Shown one piece after another: positions 11,443-25,655 of a stretch of DNA of 64,000 nt. Position 1 is the stretch's first letter. Every line of letters starts with the position of its first letter. Source of the stretch: Monocercomonoides exilis PA203 (taxonomy: Eukaryota > Protista > Preaxostyla); contig LSRY02000064.1 in assembly GCA_001643675.2 (NCBI GenBank), positions 62,001 to 126,000 of the forward strand, given 5' to 3'. Below the pieces are notes generated by a model, which did no database searches, was not told the origin of the DNA, and saw only the letters and a list, made by a program, of their open reading frames with translations. The translations under genes were made by a program, and so were the position numbers.

Positions 11443-14400
11443 TCACAAGAATTTTTCCACAAAGGCATCAATAGCAGCAAAGTAACTCTCTTCAATCTCA
11501 TTTGGAACAAGGCCATTTATCATCAAGAGTGCTAGATCAACATTAAGCTGAAAATATCAAACATACGAAAAAATTGAAAAAATGAAACAAAATTTACTAT
11601 TAGCGTTTGTAAAACTTCAAAAGCAAACTCTCATCTGAGCAGCTAATTTCAAAGGATCCTTAGAAGAAGAAGGGATGATGTTTGGGGCAACAACGATGGC
11701 TATGTTGTCAAATGTCATTTTGTTCTGTGCCACATAAGGAGGCGACCCAACAACACGCAGAAAACGAAGCAAGTACAGAAGAGAAATTAAATGGGAAGGC
11801 GGCAGCGCTGTGCGAAGATAAGACACAGCACCACACGGATCGTCTTTCAAATGCTGAAATGTTTTGCTTTGTTGTAAAAAAACAAATATAAAAAAGTTTG
11901 TTGAAGTCAAAAATATATGAGCAAAGGAAAACGTTTATACACATTTATAAAATCAAAAATTTTTATCTCAAAAAATTTATAAATAATTTCCGTTTACAAT
12001 CAATTTCTGTACAGACTTCAACAAAGTCCACAATATCATTCAAACATCCGTTTTTCTATTTCTTGTTCCTCTTCCTCTCACCTGCAACATACAAGACATT
12101 GACTGGGATGAGTCTCAAATGCATCGACCGACACCAAATTTTGACTGCCACGGCAATCGAGCACGGATCGTCTGTTGCAATTGGCAGATCTCCATTGCAC
12201 AGCTGCGACTCGATGAAGTCTGTTTTAGACTGAGAGACGCTTTTCCTGTCAAGAAAGAAGAGACAAGGAAATAAAAAAAAAATTGTTCATTGAAGATATT
12301 AAAAAAGAAATATTATCAGAAAATATATCAGAAAAAATTTTTTATCGAATTGCCAAGAAATAACATGAATGTCAAAGAGTTTCATTAATCCGCGCGTTAT
12401 GATAAAAAGAATTTCAGAAAATTATCACAACATCATCAACAACAGCAACAATGAAAGAAAAAAAAGCATATTATTTTTTCAAGCAAACCTGAAAATGCCC
12501 TCCACATATAATCCATTGAGCTTGACAATCATTTTACACAGAACAGGAAGCACAATAGGAATTGAGGGGCACTTGAAAGACACTGCAATTTCCTCTATTT
12601 GGCGAATGAGTGGAACAGAAGGAAGAGGAAAAGGGAGACATTTTTGGAGAAAGAGCACATCATCAACATTGCAGCAGATGAAGCGTGATTGAAGGGCAAC
12701 ACAGCAAAGAGAAGCCAAACGCGAAATGCAGCTGAGAGAAGTCGAGGAAGAGCCAACTGAAGAGGAAGAGAAGGAGGAGGAGGAAGAAGAAGAGGAAGCT
12801 GTACATTCCTTAGGAGGAGCAATTACACACCCGAAACAAACAGAAAGATGCAGTTTTGAAAGAGCAAACGATGCCAATCGAGAAAGCATTGTAGTATGAA
12901 CACTTTCTCTGTACGATAGAGGCGAAGCTGATGGATGCACAGAAGAAGAAGAAGAAGAAGAAGAAGAAACCGAGTGCAACGAAAGCAGCTGAGCTGAGTG
13001 GATGAAATTGAGTATGAATGGAAGCAAGTTCTGAGACGGAACAAGAGCCTCAGCTGCGGAACAGAAGAGAATCCAGCCTTTCAGCTGCTGTCTTTGTTGA
13101 AGGGGAGGAAGGGTTGTTGGGTCAACAGGGATAGACAATGGTGTAAATGGCTGATTTATGATAGCTATTGTTAACAAACCAGACTTTGGGACAGATGAAA
13201 GAGAAGAGGACACACAAGAAGATGATGCTGACAGAGAAGAAGAAGAAGGTGAAAGCGAAGAACGATCCGATGGAGAGATGTTTGTGGAGTTCGCAAGAGA
13301 AGGAGAAGCAAAAAGTGAGTTGACAGCCGAAGCGATGGCAGAGGAGAGATAAGAAGAAGTAGCAAGTGAGGAGGAAGATATCTGTGTGTGCGACAGCTGC
13401 TTCATCAGCTGGCAAAACACCTCGTCAGCCAGATCCTGCATCTTCCGCGCCTCCCTCAGCACTTTGTGCCACGACTCTTCGATTTTCAGCTCGTCGCTCT
13501 TTCGTCCTTCGTTCCACAGGCGATATGGCGCCTCGTGTGGAAGCGCTGAGCCTGCAACATCACTGAAGACAGGCATATGGCCGAGCAGGAGCAGGTCAGA
13601 GGAGTCAGAGGTTATTGCGCGTGTGATGGTGCGGAAGGCAGAGACAGCCTGTGGAGAGTGTGCCTGAGTGACACAGCGCAGAAGAGGAGCATTCAATGCG
13701 AGGGGAGAGTCAAGACAAGGAATGAATGAAATGAGCTCGTCTGGCTGTATCGCACGGGTGAGCAGCTTAGACGATGTTTGCTGCTCGCGAAACTGGGTGA
13801 CAGCCAGCCGACGAAGTGAAAAAGTCCCGAGGCGAACGGTGAGCTGAGGGGAAAGTGATGTGAGTGGTGAATTGATGGATTTGGAAAAGAAAGGGCTGGG
13901 AAGCGGAGATGGCGGAAGTGGAGGCGCGGTGGAAGGCGGAAGAGGATGAGGAGAAGAAGAAGGAAGCGAAGGAGCAGCAGAAGAAGGAAGTGAAGGAGCA
14001 GAAGAAGGATGCAATGGAGGTGCTGCCATAGGTGGACGAGGAGGAGCTGTTGCAGGCAAAGATGGAGAGCTCTTGGTTTGTGAATGAGTCGGTGGAGGGA
14101 CATACTGTTGAGGACTGGCAGGCTTCTTTACAATCTTCGAAAGATCCACCTGAGTCGAGGATCTCTGATTTTCAAAGGCAGAATTTACAGTTGATGGAGC
14201 AGTTGGTGAAGAGCGTGATGGAGGCTTTGGTAAGTCTGATGAATGTTGTTGTTGCGATATTGACGGAATTTTGATGTTTTGTGTCTGAACAGAATCTGTG
14301 GAGCAAGAAGATGATTGGAACTTTGGTTTAGGAACATCGTGAGATAAGTCTCCTGATCTTTGATTTGAAATTTGATTTGTTTTCTGTACTTCATTAATTC

Positions 14401-14644
14401 TCTGAAATCTTGCATCTTCAAAAAAAAGGAAGCATATAAACAAAGTGGAAATGCACACACAAAAATAGAAAAAAGATGCGAACTTCTTTAAACACTTAAA
14501 AATGATTTTCATACTTGGCTGCACAGATTCATTAGATTTCTGATTTAGGGCCACTGAATGGATTTTCATATATTTTTTCAAGGATAAAACATTTTAAAAA
14601 ATAAATGAAATTGAATTCTAACATATTCGATCACGAACGCTCAT
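11443..14644 (-). CDS. MyTH4 + RhoGAP domain protein (ARHGAP39/Vilse-like architecture)
   Basis: MyTH4 motifs LADEVFCQLMKQLS and LKGWILF..LVPSQNLLPFILNFI; RhoGAP motifs IPIVL..GLYVEGIFR (Arg finger), DPCSIAVAVKIW and NKMTFDNIAIVVAPNII; multi-exon; start MSVRDRI at 14644 is inferred, stop TGA at 11443. Confidence 0.85.
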
Positions 14645-14715
14645 CACATGTGGAATGCCAGCTATTTATTAAAAACTAAAATTAATATTTGAAATTATAG
14701 AACAAGGATCAACAA

Positions 14716-17481
14716 ATGGCTGCTTGGCTGAGATTTCTCCAAGTACAGGAGTCAAATGCAGAAAAGCTTATTGCAAAAGGTGCACCACTCGAAGAAATAC
14801 TACAAGTTGAAGATATACTCCAAGATGTCAAGGCTCAATCCACAAAATTGATGGAATAGTTTGTTTCACAGTTAATTTTTTCGAAAAAAAGAAATGCGAA
14901 AAAATTCAACAATACCATGAAAACATTTTAAATTTTAGTTTGACAACTCCAGAAACAGTTGTGAAAATGCTTAATCTTCTTGTGAAAGATCCAGCATCTG
15001 GCCCAACTGAAAAAGAGCGCTTTTCTTATCCTTATCTTGTGACGGAAATTCTTTCAGAAGATGATACACGCATCCAAGATGCACTCAATCAGCCTGAGTG
15101 CCTTGAAGTTCTTTTCTCTTTCATCGAGAATCCGAATCCCGTTCAATCTGTTTATGCGCATCATGTCTGCCGAATTTTCCATTCTCTACTCACAAAAATT
15201 GGATCAGAGGTGTGCGTTTTTTGCTTTAGTGCCATACAACCAAAACATTATTTGCGCGTTTTTTAACGAATTATAAAATAGCTTTTGGAAAAAATGGAAG
15301 ATCGAAACACAATTCCAATGCTTGTTAACCATCTGGACAATTTTCCTTTTTGCGAATTGTTGTTTGATTTGATTGTGATTGTTGAAAACAACAGCGAGAA
15401 AGAAGGACTTATTAAAGTTTGAAAAATTTGATCAAATTTATGCAATTAAACAAGCCTGACTTTTATTTTAATTTCCTTAGTGGATGAAAAAGTACGACTT
15501 AATATATCTTCTTTTGTCAGAAATGAAAAAATGCAAATCGTCAACGGTATCTATTTTGATGATAATTTTATGGATTATTTAATGTTATTTATAACTTGTT
15601 CATATCAACTTCTTTTGTTCGACTACCAACTTGATTTCGCTGTTATATTTGATTAAAATCACACATTTTATTATGATCCTTCAAATCAAATACATTCAAA
15701 AAAATTGTGGAATCAATTTTTAGGTTCCTGCGAACACTGGACAGATTTTGAACAACATTATCATTCGCTTTTGCGACACACCCGAACATCAGCAGATGCT
15801 CTTTGAAGAAGTGCTGACAGAACACGAAATGGGGCTTTTACTGGAAATTGCGCTTTTTGGAGCACACACCGACAACGTAGCACAAAACACAGAGAAGAAA
15901 GAAGGCGCAGAAAAAGAGAAAGAGTCAGAGAAGGACAAAGAAGAGAAGAAAGAGGAGAAAAAAGAAGACACCAGCACGGATGCCTCATCAACCAGCAGTT
16001 CAGAAGAAGCCCCAAAAGCCAGCCCTTCCGCTGAATCATCCAAAACAGCTGTGGAAATTCCGATCTGCGCTGCATCTGCTGCAGTCTCATTGCTTGTGGA
16101 TATTGTGTGGAACACTCGGCAGAACCCCACAGATGGTAATGGGCAGCCGATCAATCCGATCCAAGCGAACATTCCGGTGCCTGAGTTCATCAACAAGCAC
16201 ATCCTGTCATCCATCTCATCCATCGTGAAATGCCTCTCGTTCGACTGGGCATCGCCTGGAAGCTCTGCTGAACGTTGTATGCAACCTCCATCATCATCTT
16301 CCTCTGCTTCTCCTTCTTCTTCTTCTTCATCCACCTCATCCTGCTCTTCATCGACTGCTCCTTCCCGCACACACTTCCCTATCCCACCGCTGTTCAAAGG
16401 AGGAGGGCGAAGCATTGGTACTTATAGAATGAAAGGTATTCATCTCTTTGTATTATTACTGATGCTAAATAAATGATTAATTTCTATTAATTTATTTATT
16501 TATTCTATTTATTTATTCTATTTATTTATTTTGTTTATATTTCTTTCCTTTCTCTTAACCCCCCTTCCCCCCCCAACCTTTATCATCCTCACCTCCCTTC
16601 CAACCCTCTCCATCCATTCAGTTGTTGTTCTGATATCCACCATCCTCCGCAGTGGGTATGGCCCTTCGCTCGACGAGGCCTTTCTCACTCCCCCCGATGC
16701 CACCTCTTCCACCCCCTCTTCTCTCTTTGCGCCGCTGGTGAAGCTCTTCTTCGACTTCCCCTCAAACACCCTTCTCCTGTCTGAGCTGTACACCTTATTT
16801 GAGACGGTGCTGCTGAACAGGAGCCTTCCGCTGCAGCAGAATCTGCTCTTAGACGGCGGGCTGGTGACAGCTGTGATCAAAGCACTGCAGACAGAGCAGC
16901 AGAGGAGGAAAGAGGTGGCAGAGTGGAAGAAGAAGAAAGAGGAGAGCGAAGCAAACGTTGGAAATGCTGAATCGAGCACCACCGCTACACCATCTTCTGC
17001 AGAAGCATCTGGAAGTTCTCCTTCTCCTTCTCCTTCTCCAGCGCCATCTCCCTCAGCCAGCCGCTCAGCCCCGCCGCCCGTGAAGCGGATGGTGCCAGCA
17101 GCAGATCATTTAGCACACACATTGCACATAGCACGTCTGCTGGACGAGAGGCGATATGATGTGGAAGGGCTGGATTCTGCCTTGTTATCAGCGCCTGTAC
17201 CAGAGGGAGTGGAGCAGCCACTCAGCTGGAGCTGGGACAACCTATTTCAGGACATTGTAACACCTGCGATGCAGCAGCAGGACGGGACAGAGCGAGATGG
17301 AGAGCAGATGGGCGATGGAGCGAATATGGGAGGGTTAGGATTTGGGGCAGGAGATATGGATGGAGATGGAGGAGATGAGGATTGGCCTCAGTGGAACCAG
17401 GGAGGAGAGGATGGAGATGAGAATGTGCACCACTCGGTGTTTGACGATCCTTCGCAGCAGGGGCAGGATGAAGATGATTAG
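14716..17481 (+). CDS. SIT4-associated protein / PP6 regulatory subunit (SAPS family)
   Basis: LEEILQVEDILQDVKAQSTKLME..ERFSYPYLVTEILSED is the SAPS N-terminus; IGTYRMK/VVVLISTIL spans intron 16436-16621; acidic tail. Confidence 0.85.
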
Positions 17482-17927
17482 AGGGAGAGAGAATGAAGAG
17501 AGAGAAGAGATTGGAGAATTTGATGGCGCATGCGCTCACGAATTGTTGGGGAAAAGAATAGAAATAATTGAAAGCTTGAACATCTTTATTTTCTTTTTTT
17601 CTTATTTATATATATTTCTATTCTTTAATAATCTGGAACTGACTTCATCACCGAACTCTTTGAATTAATTTTATTTAACGCTCTTTTCAATTTCGACATC
17701 ACAGTTTTTGGGATGTACTCAAACTGGATATGAACATATTCTTCTCAGTTTTTCTACCTTTGTAGGCTCTTTTTTTTACAATTCATAACTTACATCATTC
17801 TTTTTGTATCAAAATGAACATGCCAATATCTTTTTGAGCATGATTATTTTATTAATTTTAAAATGGGAAATTTCAAGGCTAACAGGGGAATTTTTGTCGA
17901 GGAAAGTTTCTCAACTTGAGACCAGAA

Positions 17928-18406
17928 ATGGATATTGAAGAGTTTGCAAAGCAAATATTTCAAGAGATTTGATAAAAGTTTTTATTTTTTACAGACAACC
18001 AGTTGAATCAGCTCCAGTTGCACACGAAGCCCCCAAAGCTCTTGATCTTCCAACAGCAATTCAAAATGTGCTCAAAAGTTCATTAATTCATGGAAAACTC
18101 TTCCGTGGGCTGCGTGAATGCGCAAAGGCTCTTGATCGTAATGAGGCTGCTCTTTGCATTCTCGCTGATTCTTGCGAAGAAGAATCATACAAAAAGCTTG
18201 TTGAAACTTTGTGCGCACATCGTAACGTACCAATTCTTCGTGTTGAAAGCGCAGAAGATCTTGGCCAATGGGCTGGACTGTGCCAGATTGACAAAGACGG
18301 ACAACCACGTAAGATTGTTAACTGCTCATGTGTTGTTATCAAGGAAGTCGGTACGGACATCCAGAGCTACGAATTCATCGCAAAACACATCAAATCACAA
18401 GCATAA
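17928..18406 (+). CDS. RPS12: 40S ribosomal protein eS12
   Basis: AIQNVLKSSLIHGKLFRGLRECAKALD..YKKLVETLC..LGQWAGLCQIDKDGQPRKIVNCSCVVIK; intron 17942-17994. Confidence 0.97.
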
Positions 18407-18802
18407 ATGCGGTCATTTTTAAATAAAACACGAACTAGTTTTTATTTTGAAAGATTAATTATAATTTCACAAAATAGATTGAAGTTATAGTTTTTTAATA
18501 AATAAGAAAGAAAGACGGAATAATTATTTTGATTTTATATTTATTTTTAAGCTTGTGAATAAAAATAGTTGAAATAGTTAATTTTCCAAAGAAGTATTTG
18601 ACTTATTCAAGGATATTTCATATTTTAAAGAAAATAGATCTTTTATTTCATTGAGAATTTAACATTTACTTGTTTAATTGTATTGATTCAGAAATTGTTC
18701 TTTTTAGAGGTTTATTGTACTGAACAAAATGAAGAATTATAATTATTTAATTTTTCTAAAAAAACTTTTTGTCACCAGAGGAAAAATAAGATCAATAAAT
18801 AA

Positions 18803-19744
18803 ATGGGACAATACGGCGAACAAAGTTTGAAACGAAAATTAGGATTTGTTTCCATGATATTGTTTAAATATTTTATTTTAGAATACTGGGAAGAAAGATA
18901 CAATACGGAGCAAGCACCATTTGATTGGTATTTGCGCTATCAACATTTGAAGCCTCTTCTCGCTCCATTTATGACAGATGAATCTTGCATTCTTGATATT
19001 GGATGTGGATCATCAAGTGTGATCGTTTATGTATTAGTAAGTTGATTACTGAAAATTATTTTATTTAGAACTTGCTGAAGAACTTTATGATGATGGAAAG
19101 AAGAATATTAAGTGCATTGATTACTCTGCAAATATAATTAATAAAATGCAAGATGCGAACATTTCAGCAAGACCAGAAATTGATTGTACGCAAGTTTTAT
19201 TAATAAAATGATAAATTTTTCTTTAACAATGATAATATTTGTTATTTTTAAAGGGGCAGAAATGGACGTTAAAGCAATGAGTTTTGATGATGAAACTTTT
19301 GATTTGATAATTGACAAAGGAACATCCGATGCAATATTATGTGGAACAGATTCTTATGCACAGTTATCTTCAATGTTAAAAGAAGTATCAAGAGTGCTTA
19401 AGAAAGGTGGAGTGTATGTTGTAATTACATACGGCGTTCCGGCAACTCGCCTTCCTCATTTCGAAAAAGAGGAATATGGATGGAAGGTTGATAAGCTAAC
19501 AACTCCAAAATATGAAGGAGCTCCACCAAATCAAGTTTATTATTTATATGTGATGAAGAAAGTATCAGAGGAAAAAGAAGAAGAAAGGAACGATCAAGAA
19601 GATGAAGTTGCAGTTACTATTGAAAGTGATGCTCCACCAAAAATGTCATCTCCAGGCGCTGAAACAGGTGCAAGCCCGAGTACAAATGAAGGAAATGGAG
19701 ATGAGAACCTCATTGATTTTGATCCTCCGCCAGAGATGCAGTAA
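18803..19744 (+). CDS. Class I SAM methyltransferase (EEF1AKMT4/METTL13 N-domain-like)
   Basis: YWEERY..PFDWY, ILDIGCGSS, IDYS, MDV..FDDETFDLIIDKGTSDAILCG, EVSRVLKKGGVYVVITYG; three introns. Confidence 0.88.
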
Positions 19745-20018
19745 CTTTTTTATCACTTCTAATGTGAATGTTGTTGCATTTCGAATTGCCAACTTTATTT
19801 TTTTCTTTTATTTTGTATTATTGTTCTGGTGGGATATTAAAGACTTGATTTTGTATATCTTGTTGAATAAGTTAGTTTATTGTGTTTATGAGAAATATGC
19901 TCTTTTGTAAAAATTATTATTATTATTATTTTGGATTATTACACCAAATTTATATAACTGGAGCTCTTTATCAATATTAAAGAAGAAAGGGCTTGATCAA
20001 TAGACAAAATATTGTTTA

Positions 20019-21673
20019 ATGAGTTCCTTGGGCGATTTAAATTTGGAAGGAATTCTTCCAACGATAGCACATTATAATTTTCAAAACCCAACTGCAGTTC
20101 AAAGTACTCTTAGAATTATTTCTTCACATACAAAGAAAGGAAACTATCAAATCAAGCCTTATCCGGGAAGTATGTTTTGAAAAATATTTCATTATTTTGC
20201 TTATTCTTTTTTAGGTTCATATTATTATTATGTTGTTGATGAGTGCCTTCTTCCAATTAATATACAAGGAAGTGTTTATTATTTTCCCATTGGTTTTACA
20301 CTTCCCTGGAATTTTCCGCAGGAGGCACCGGGAATAACGCTTCTCCCAACAGGAAACCTAGTTCTAGATTTAGCAAATCCGTCTGTGAAACCAGATGGAA
20401 CAGTTGTGTTGACAACGTTAACAAATTGGAAGATGAACCCGAACATGGAATATGTGTTCACTGAAATGCTACACAATTTTCAGCAGAAATCCCCTTTGGT
20501 TTCTATTATTTATGAAATATTCATATTGATTTTTTTAATTTTATTCTATTTCGGATTTGCTCCATTTTGAAATAGCGAACTCGCTCAACAAAAGCGGCAC
20601 CAGTGCCAGCAAGTTCAAGCAATGTTCTTGCTTCTTATTCAACATCATCGGATGAAAAAGAGCAATCTGAGTTTGCAGAAATAATCACAGAGCTTGCAAC
20701 CGAACACATCACTTCAACGTTTGTGGAATTGAACCAAGATTTCCAAGCATTATCACAGTTTGCAATAAAAAAATGTTTGATAATATTATAACAAATAACT
20801 TTGGAATATGTTTTAATTTAGAGGTAAAAAGGATCTGGAAAAAGCTATCGTACCACTTGAAGAAGCTTTACAATCGATGAAAAAAGAAGAAGTATGGATA
20901 GTTGAATATGAAAACGAAAAAATATCAAAATAAAATGTGTTAGTGAGATTTTTTATAATTGATGAATACCTTCGATTGAAATATTTATGTTTCAATTAAA
21001 ATTATTTGAAATCGAAATTATTGCGCTCTTGAATTTGAGAACTTGAGCCAATGATAATTTTCCATATGCATTCATTTTTCTAATGTTTGAAATTGTTCTT
21101 AAAAAGAGTGAATTAGACGCTCGCATAGCATTTTATAATGAGAAGTTACCACAAATAAAAGGTTATTTAGATACTCATCCTGCTCCAGATGCTTCTGCTG
21201 ATATACTTGTTGTGAGCGCACCCTCAGACAAAAGACTTGCAAAGTTTGAACTTTTTGATTTTTAATCACATTTTTGCAACTTTGGGAAATTTTTTCCATC
21301 AAAATCATTAATTATGTTATATTTCTTAATACTTATGCATAATTTTATGAATATTTTTACACTTTGTTATATCTACTCAATTTCAATAATATTGCATTTA
21401 CGTTGATAAACACAGACAATATGAGTTGAAGTCACGTGTCGAAGCTTTTGATCAAGTTTTGAAAAAATTTGGAGAAACGCAATTTTCAGACGAAGAATAT
21501 CCAAAGAAAATGATTGTATGCTTTTAATATGTATATCGTTGCACTCAGCTGTTCAATAATAATTTTTGTTGATGTTCTAATTAATTTCATTTTCATAGTG
21601 TTTACGACAGTTAGCAAAGCAGCACCTTAAAGATGTGGCTGAGTACACAAAATGTCTTGAAAATGGACGGTAA
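20019..21673 (+). CDS. TSG101: ESCRT-I subunit Vps23/TSG101 (divergent)
   Basis: UEV-like LPINIQGSVYYFPIGFTLPWNFPQEAP..VKPDGTVVLTTLTNW with no catalytic Cys, a coiled coil, and a steadiness-box-like end (VEAFDQVL..LRQLAKQHL); multi-exon. Confidence 0.75.
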
Positions 21674-22386
21674 ATTGCTTTTGTTTGAGAAATAATAAAT
21701 ATTGATGTTAATGCACAAATATAATTCACATCTGAACATTTCACGTTATATTTTTCTTTTTTCTTTTTCTTTTTGATTTTTTTAAATTATTTTAAATTTT
21801 TTCTTTGAGCCTTTCTTGTTGTTTTATTGAAGTTTTGAGAATAATTTTATTAAGCAATCATTACTATCGCACTGACTAATTTCTAAAAACAGATCAGTTT
21901 GTAAAAGTATTGTAACACCGAATCCACGCACAATTTTTGTGATTTTATTCTAAATGAAAAGAAAAACATTTTCAATTTAATACGATCATCTCAATTTGAT
22001 GAGAAGCAATTGGAGCAACTTTTCGAAATATGAAAATAGAAAAGACGGAATGAAATTCGATTTCGGAGAACAGTCAATAAGCTTCACAAAACTCAAATGT
22101 TGAATTTTGAGAGTATTCATATTAATATTTCTTTTTGGTCACTCTTGTTGAGTTCGGAATTTTTGATTTTAAAAAACACTTTTTGAAGTATTTTAAAACA
22201 CGCGCAATTTAAATTAAATCAAAATAAATGAAAAAGAAAATCATTGTGAATAAAAGAAAAAATATTATTGGATTACATTAACATAATTATTCAACTCATA
22301 AAGGCTTTTAATGCAATATCAATTTTTCCTTGTTTGTGCCATTATTTTTTTGATAATATCAATAAATCATTTTCTCATTGAATTGA

Positions 22387-24695
22387 ATGACAAATTCTTT
22401 CATGACACAGGAAAAGGGAATAATTAAAGATTTAGCTTCAACAGATATTCAAACAAAGAAATTAAACCATTTTGAAGAAAGGTGTGCCTATTTGGATTGA
22501 TAATTCTTTTACATTTTTCACTTTGTGAATTCATTCTTTTAAGAATTTGTCCAGAACCAAAAAGCAAATGTAGCTTACAAGAAGAGCAACAAAAGCTAAA
22601 TTTCCTAACTAATGAATCAGCTTCCAACATCCTTTGTTCTTCTTTTGCAACGGATTCTTTCTCAAATGAAAACCCTGGTCAATTACATAGTCCATTTCAG
22701 GAATCTCTATCACTGGAACAAGAGCATCATCATCAAGCTGATAGAAATGCTTCACAGGCATATCACAATAAAAACAGTGATACTTTTTCATTTTCTCCAT
22801 TAATGCCATCTTATTCACAAACGTTTTTTCCAAGCGATAAGTGTTCGACACATTTTTTATCTACATTAACAAATGATTATTCTCCTTCATTGAAATCAAA
22901 TTCCAGAGAAGTTGCATTGTTTACTCCAACATTTAATACTGAATCAAATTTTTTATGTAATAATTCTTCAAACAATGAAACGATTATTCACAAATCAAGC
23001 TTTGATAACGATCAATTACCAGATTCTTCGAATTTTTTTCAAGAATCACCGTTTTTTAGAACTCTCGGTTCACCTAAACAAACATCAGAATTTGCATTTT
23101 CATTCGATAACCCTTCATTAAGTTCTTCGCCTTTTATGTATTCAAAGCAAAAATTGGAAGATTTTCCTATCCTTTTTTCCGAATCAATCAATTCTCCTGC
23201 AATACATCTTGACTCAGAAGAAAAAAAATCACAAACAAATTCTAATGAAAAAAATGAGGGACAAAACAATCTTATCTCCGAGCAAGTTCAAAACAACTCT
23301 GCATTAGCGACGATGCACTTGAATTCTAAAGATGAGGTTTCACAACAAACGATGGTGAAACATGATTTTGACAAGAGTCATAACGAAGCATTTCCTTCAT
23401 TAAAAGTTTCAGATGATGGAAATTCAAAGAATTTTGAAAAGACATCTTCTAAAGACAACGCATCTACAATCGACCAATCACAAAACGATGAAGCTAAACC
23501 ACCGTCAAACTGGAAAGAGCAGTTTGATTTTGCATTCTTAAGCATCAAACAGCATGATTTGCCAATGGATCATAAACAAGCTAACGCTGATGCCAATGAC
23601 ACGATGCCACAAACACCAACTCCATTAACTTCCTTTTCGCCTCCATCGTCCATTTATTTGTGCTCTTCTCCGCCTGCCAAATTGCTTAACCACAACGACA
23701 TTCAAAACACACCATCAGCCGAAACTCGTCCGCCTCCCACTCAGCCAGCCGTGCTCCACACTCCATTGACTGCATATTCCACATCCTCTGTTCTTCGCTC
23801 CCTCGCAAAAAACACATCACAAATCAGAGAATTTTATCCGAGGCGGACTGTTTCCTCTTCTCCCGCGTTGTTTTCATCGTCTTCACAGACAGACAGATCT
23901 TCGTGTGCATCTTCTTGCAGTTCTGCCTCTTCTTCTGGTGATGCCCTTTGCACAGATGTGGTTGTTCCACGGCGCCCTTTCTCAACAAATCCGTCTTTTT
24001 CTCAAATGGCACAACGCTCCCAGATGTTTCATGCTCATACTACGAATTCTTCATCCCCTGGGTTGCCAATGCCTTCTGCGGCTGCTGCAACATCACAGTC
24101 TTTTTGTCCGCCTTCAACACTTTCACGCAACACTCCATCACATCATCAATCATCCATCTCTCCAAGTCTTCCCTCGCCTTTCTCGTTTTCCTCGCTTCTT
24201 GCCTCTGAACCGCCTGCTCCACACATCCCTACCCCGACTTTCTCCCCTTCCCTCAAGCACTCCTCATCGCAAGTGCCATATGCATTGTCATCGGTGCTCC
24301 GAAGCAAACAGCCTCCAAATGCAGCTGGAACTGATTTGCCTCATTCTGCTGCAGGTTCTCATCAGCTGTCGTTCCACTCAGAAAGCAATGGGCAAGTTGC
24401 TCTGCATCCTTTTACGAATAAGCCTGCTGAGCATTCACATCTTAACACTGCTGATGCTCAGTCTAATTCAGTTGCACCGTTTATTCATCGTCCTCCTATT
24501 TTGAGCTCACCCTCTTTTTCCACATCCACCACTGCCACTGCTACCTCCTCCTCCTCCTCCTCTTCTTCTTCTTCGAGTTTATTGCCTCTTCCAACACATC
24601 ACCAGATTCTTTCTCAACATCCAAATTCTCCTCCACCTGGTTCATCTCCATTGTTTGAGTTGCCATCAACAGCATCTGCACAGGCACCTCCTCTT

Positions 24696-24731
<36 letters not shown>

Positions 24732-25655
24732 ACTTCTTCTTCTGCTTCTTCAACTTCATCTGCCTCTCCTCACTCACTTATGCCCCCTGTCTCTTCCGCC
24801 CCTCCGTTGTATTCACAGCCGGCGCGCCAGCCGTTTTCACTCGCACAATTTAGCTTGCCTGCTGCGAATGCTCTTCCGCTGCAGCAGAACAGACTCCACC
24901 GCCCTTCTTCCACAAAGCCCATCACAACACGCACAAAGAAGTCATCAACAGGCACCATCACCACTAAGCTGCTTTCGTTCCACTGCTATATACTGCCAAA
25001 TTCTTCTTCTTCTTCTACTACTACTACTGCAACTACTACTGCTTCTACTTCTTCTTCTTCTGCACAATCCACTCCTTCACTTAATCACTCAACTGTTCAG
25101 TCACCAGGCTGTGCTTCTCCTTCTGCTGATGCCAACTCCATTGCTTCTTTGTCTGCCTCTTCCACTCCAACATTGCCTCTCTCTTCTTCTTCTACCAGAT
25201 ACCTTCCCACCATTCTCCCTCCTCCTCCGCTCACTTCCATCGCATCGAGCCATCCTGCGTTGCTGTCTCAACAGCCAGAGTCCTCATTTAATGTACAGAA
25301 CACGCTGTCGCAGGCGCCTTGTGTCCCGTTCTCTCTTCAGCGCCCTCACTCTGCCCAGCCCTGCTTTTCGCGGCCACTGCAGTTGATGTCTCCACAACTC
25401 CCTCAGCCTCCACGTGCTGTCACAGTCTGCCCTCAGATGCAGCCAAATAACAATGCAGTTTGCTCCAACCCGATGCTGACTCCTTCGTCGACTCTTTATG
25501 CGCTTCCTGTTCAAGCACTTTCTTCTTCTTCTTCTTCTTTTCCTTTAAACAAAATGGAGACTTGTTTAGATTCAGTGCAGCATCTTTCTCAAATTCCACC
25601 TTCTTCAACAAGCATTGCAGAAGCATCTGCAGCCTCAGTAAAAAACATGACGTAA
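22387..25655 (+). CDS. Ser/Pro/Thr-rich low-complexity protein of unknown function
   Basis: Open frame over 1000 aa; a short upstream exon from ATG 22387 splices in frame via intron 22482-22543. Confidence 0.7.

Noticed and set aside
16436-16621. Apparent premature stop or non-canonical intron in SAPS
   Set aside because: Resolved by a canonical GTATTC..CAG intron restoring YRMKVVVLIS.
17705-17780. tRNA-like or Pol III RNA (GGGATGTACTCAAACTGG followed by oligo-T)
   Set aside because: No B box/T-loop and no cloverleaf.
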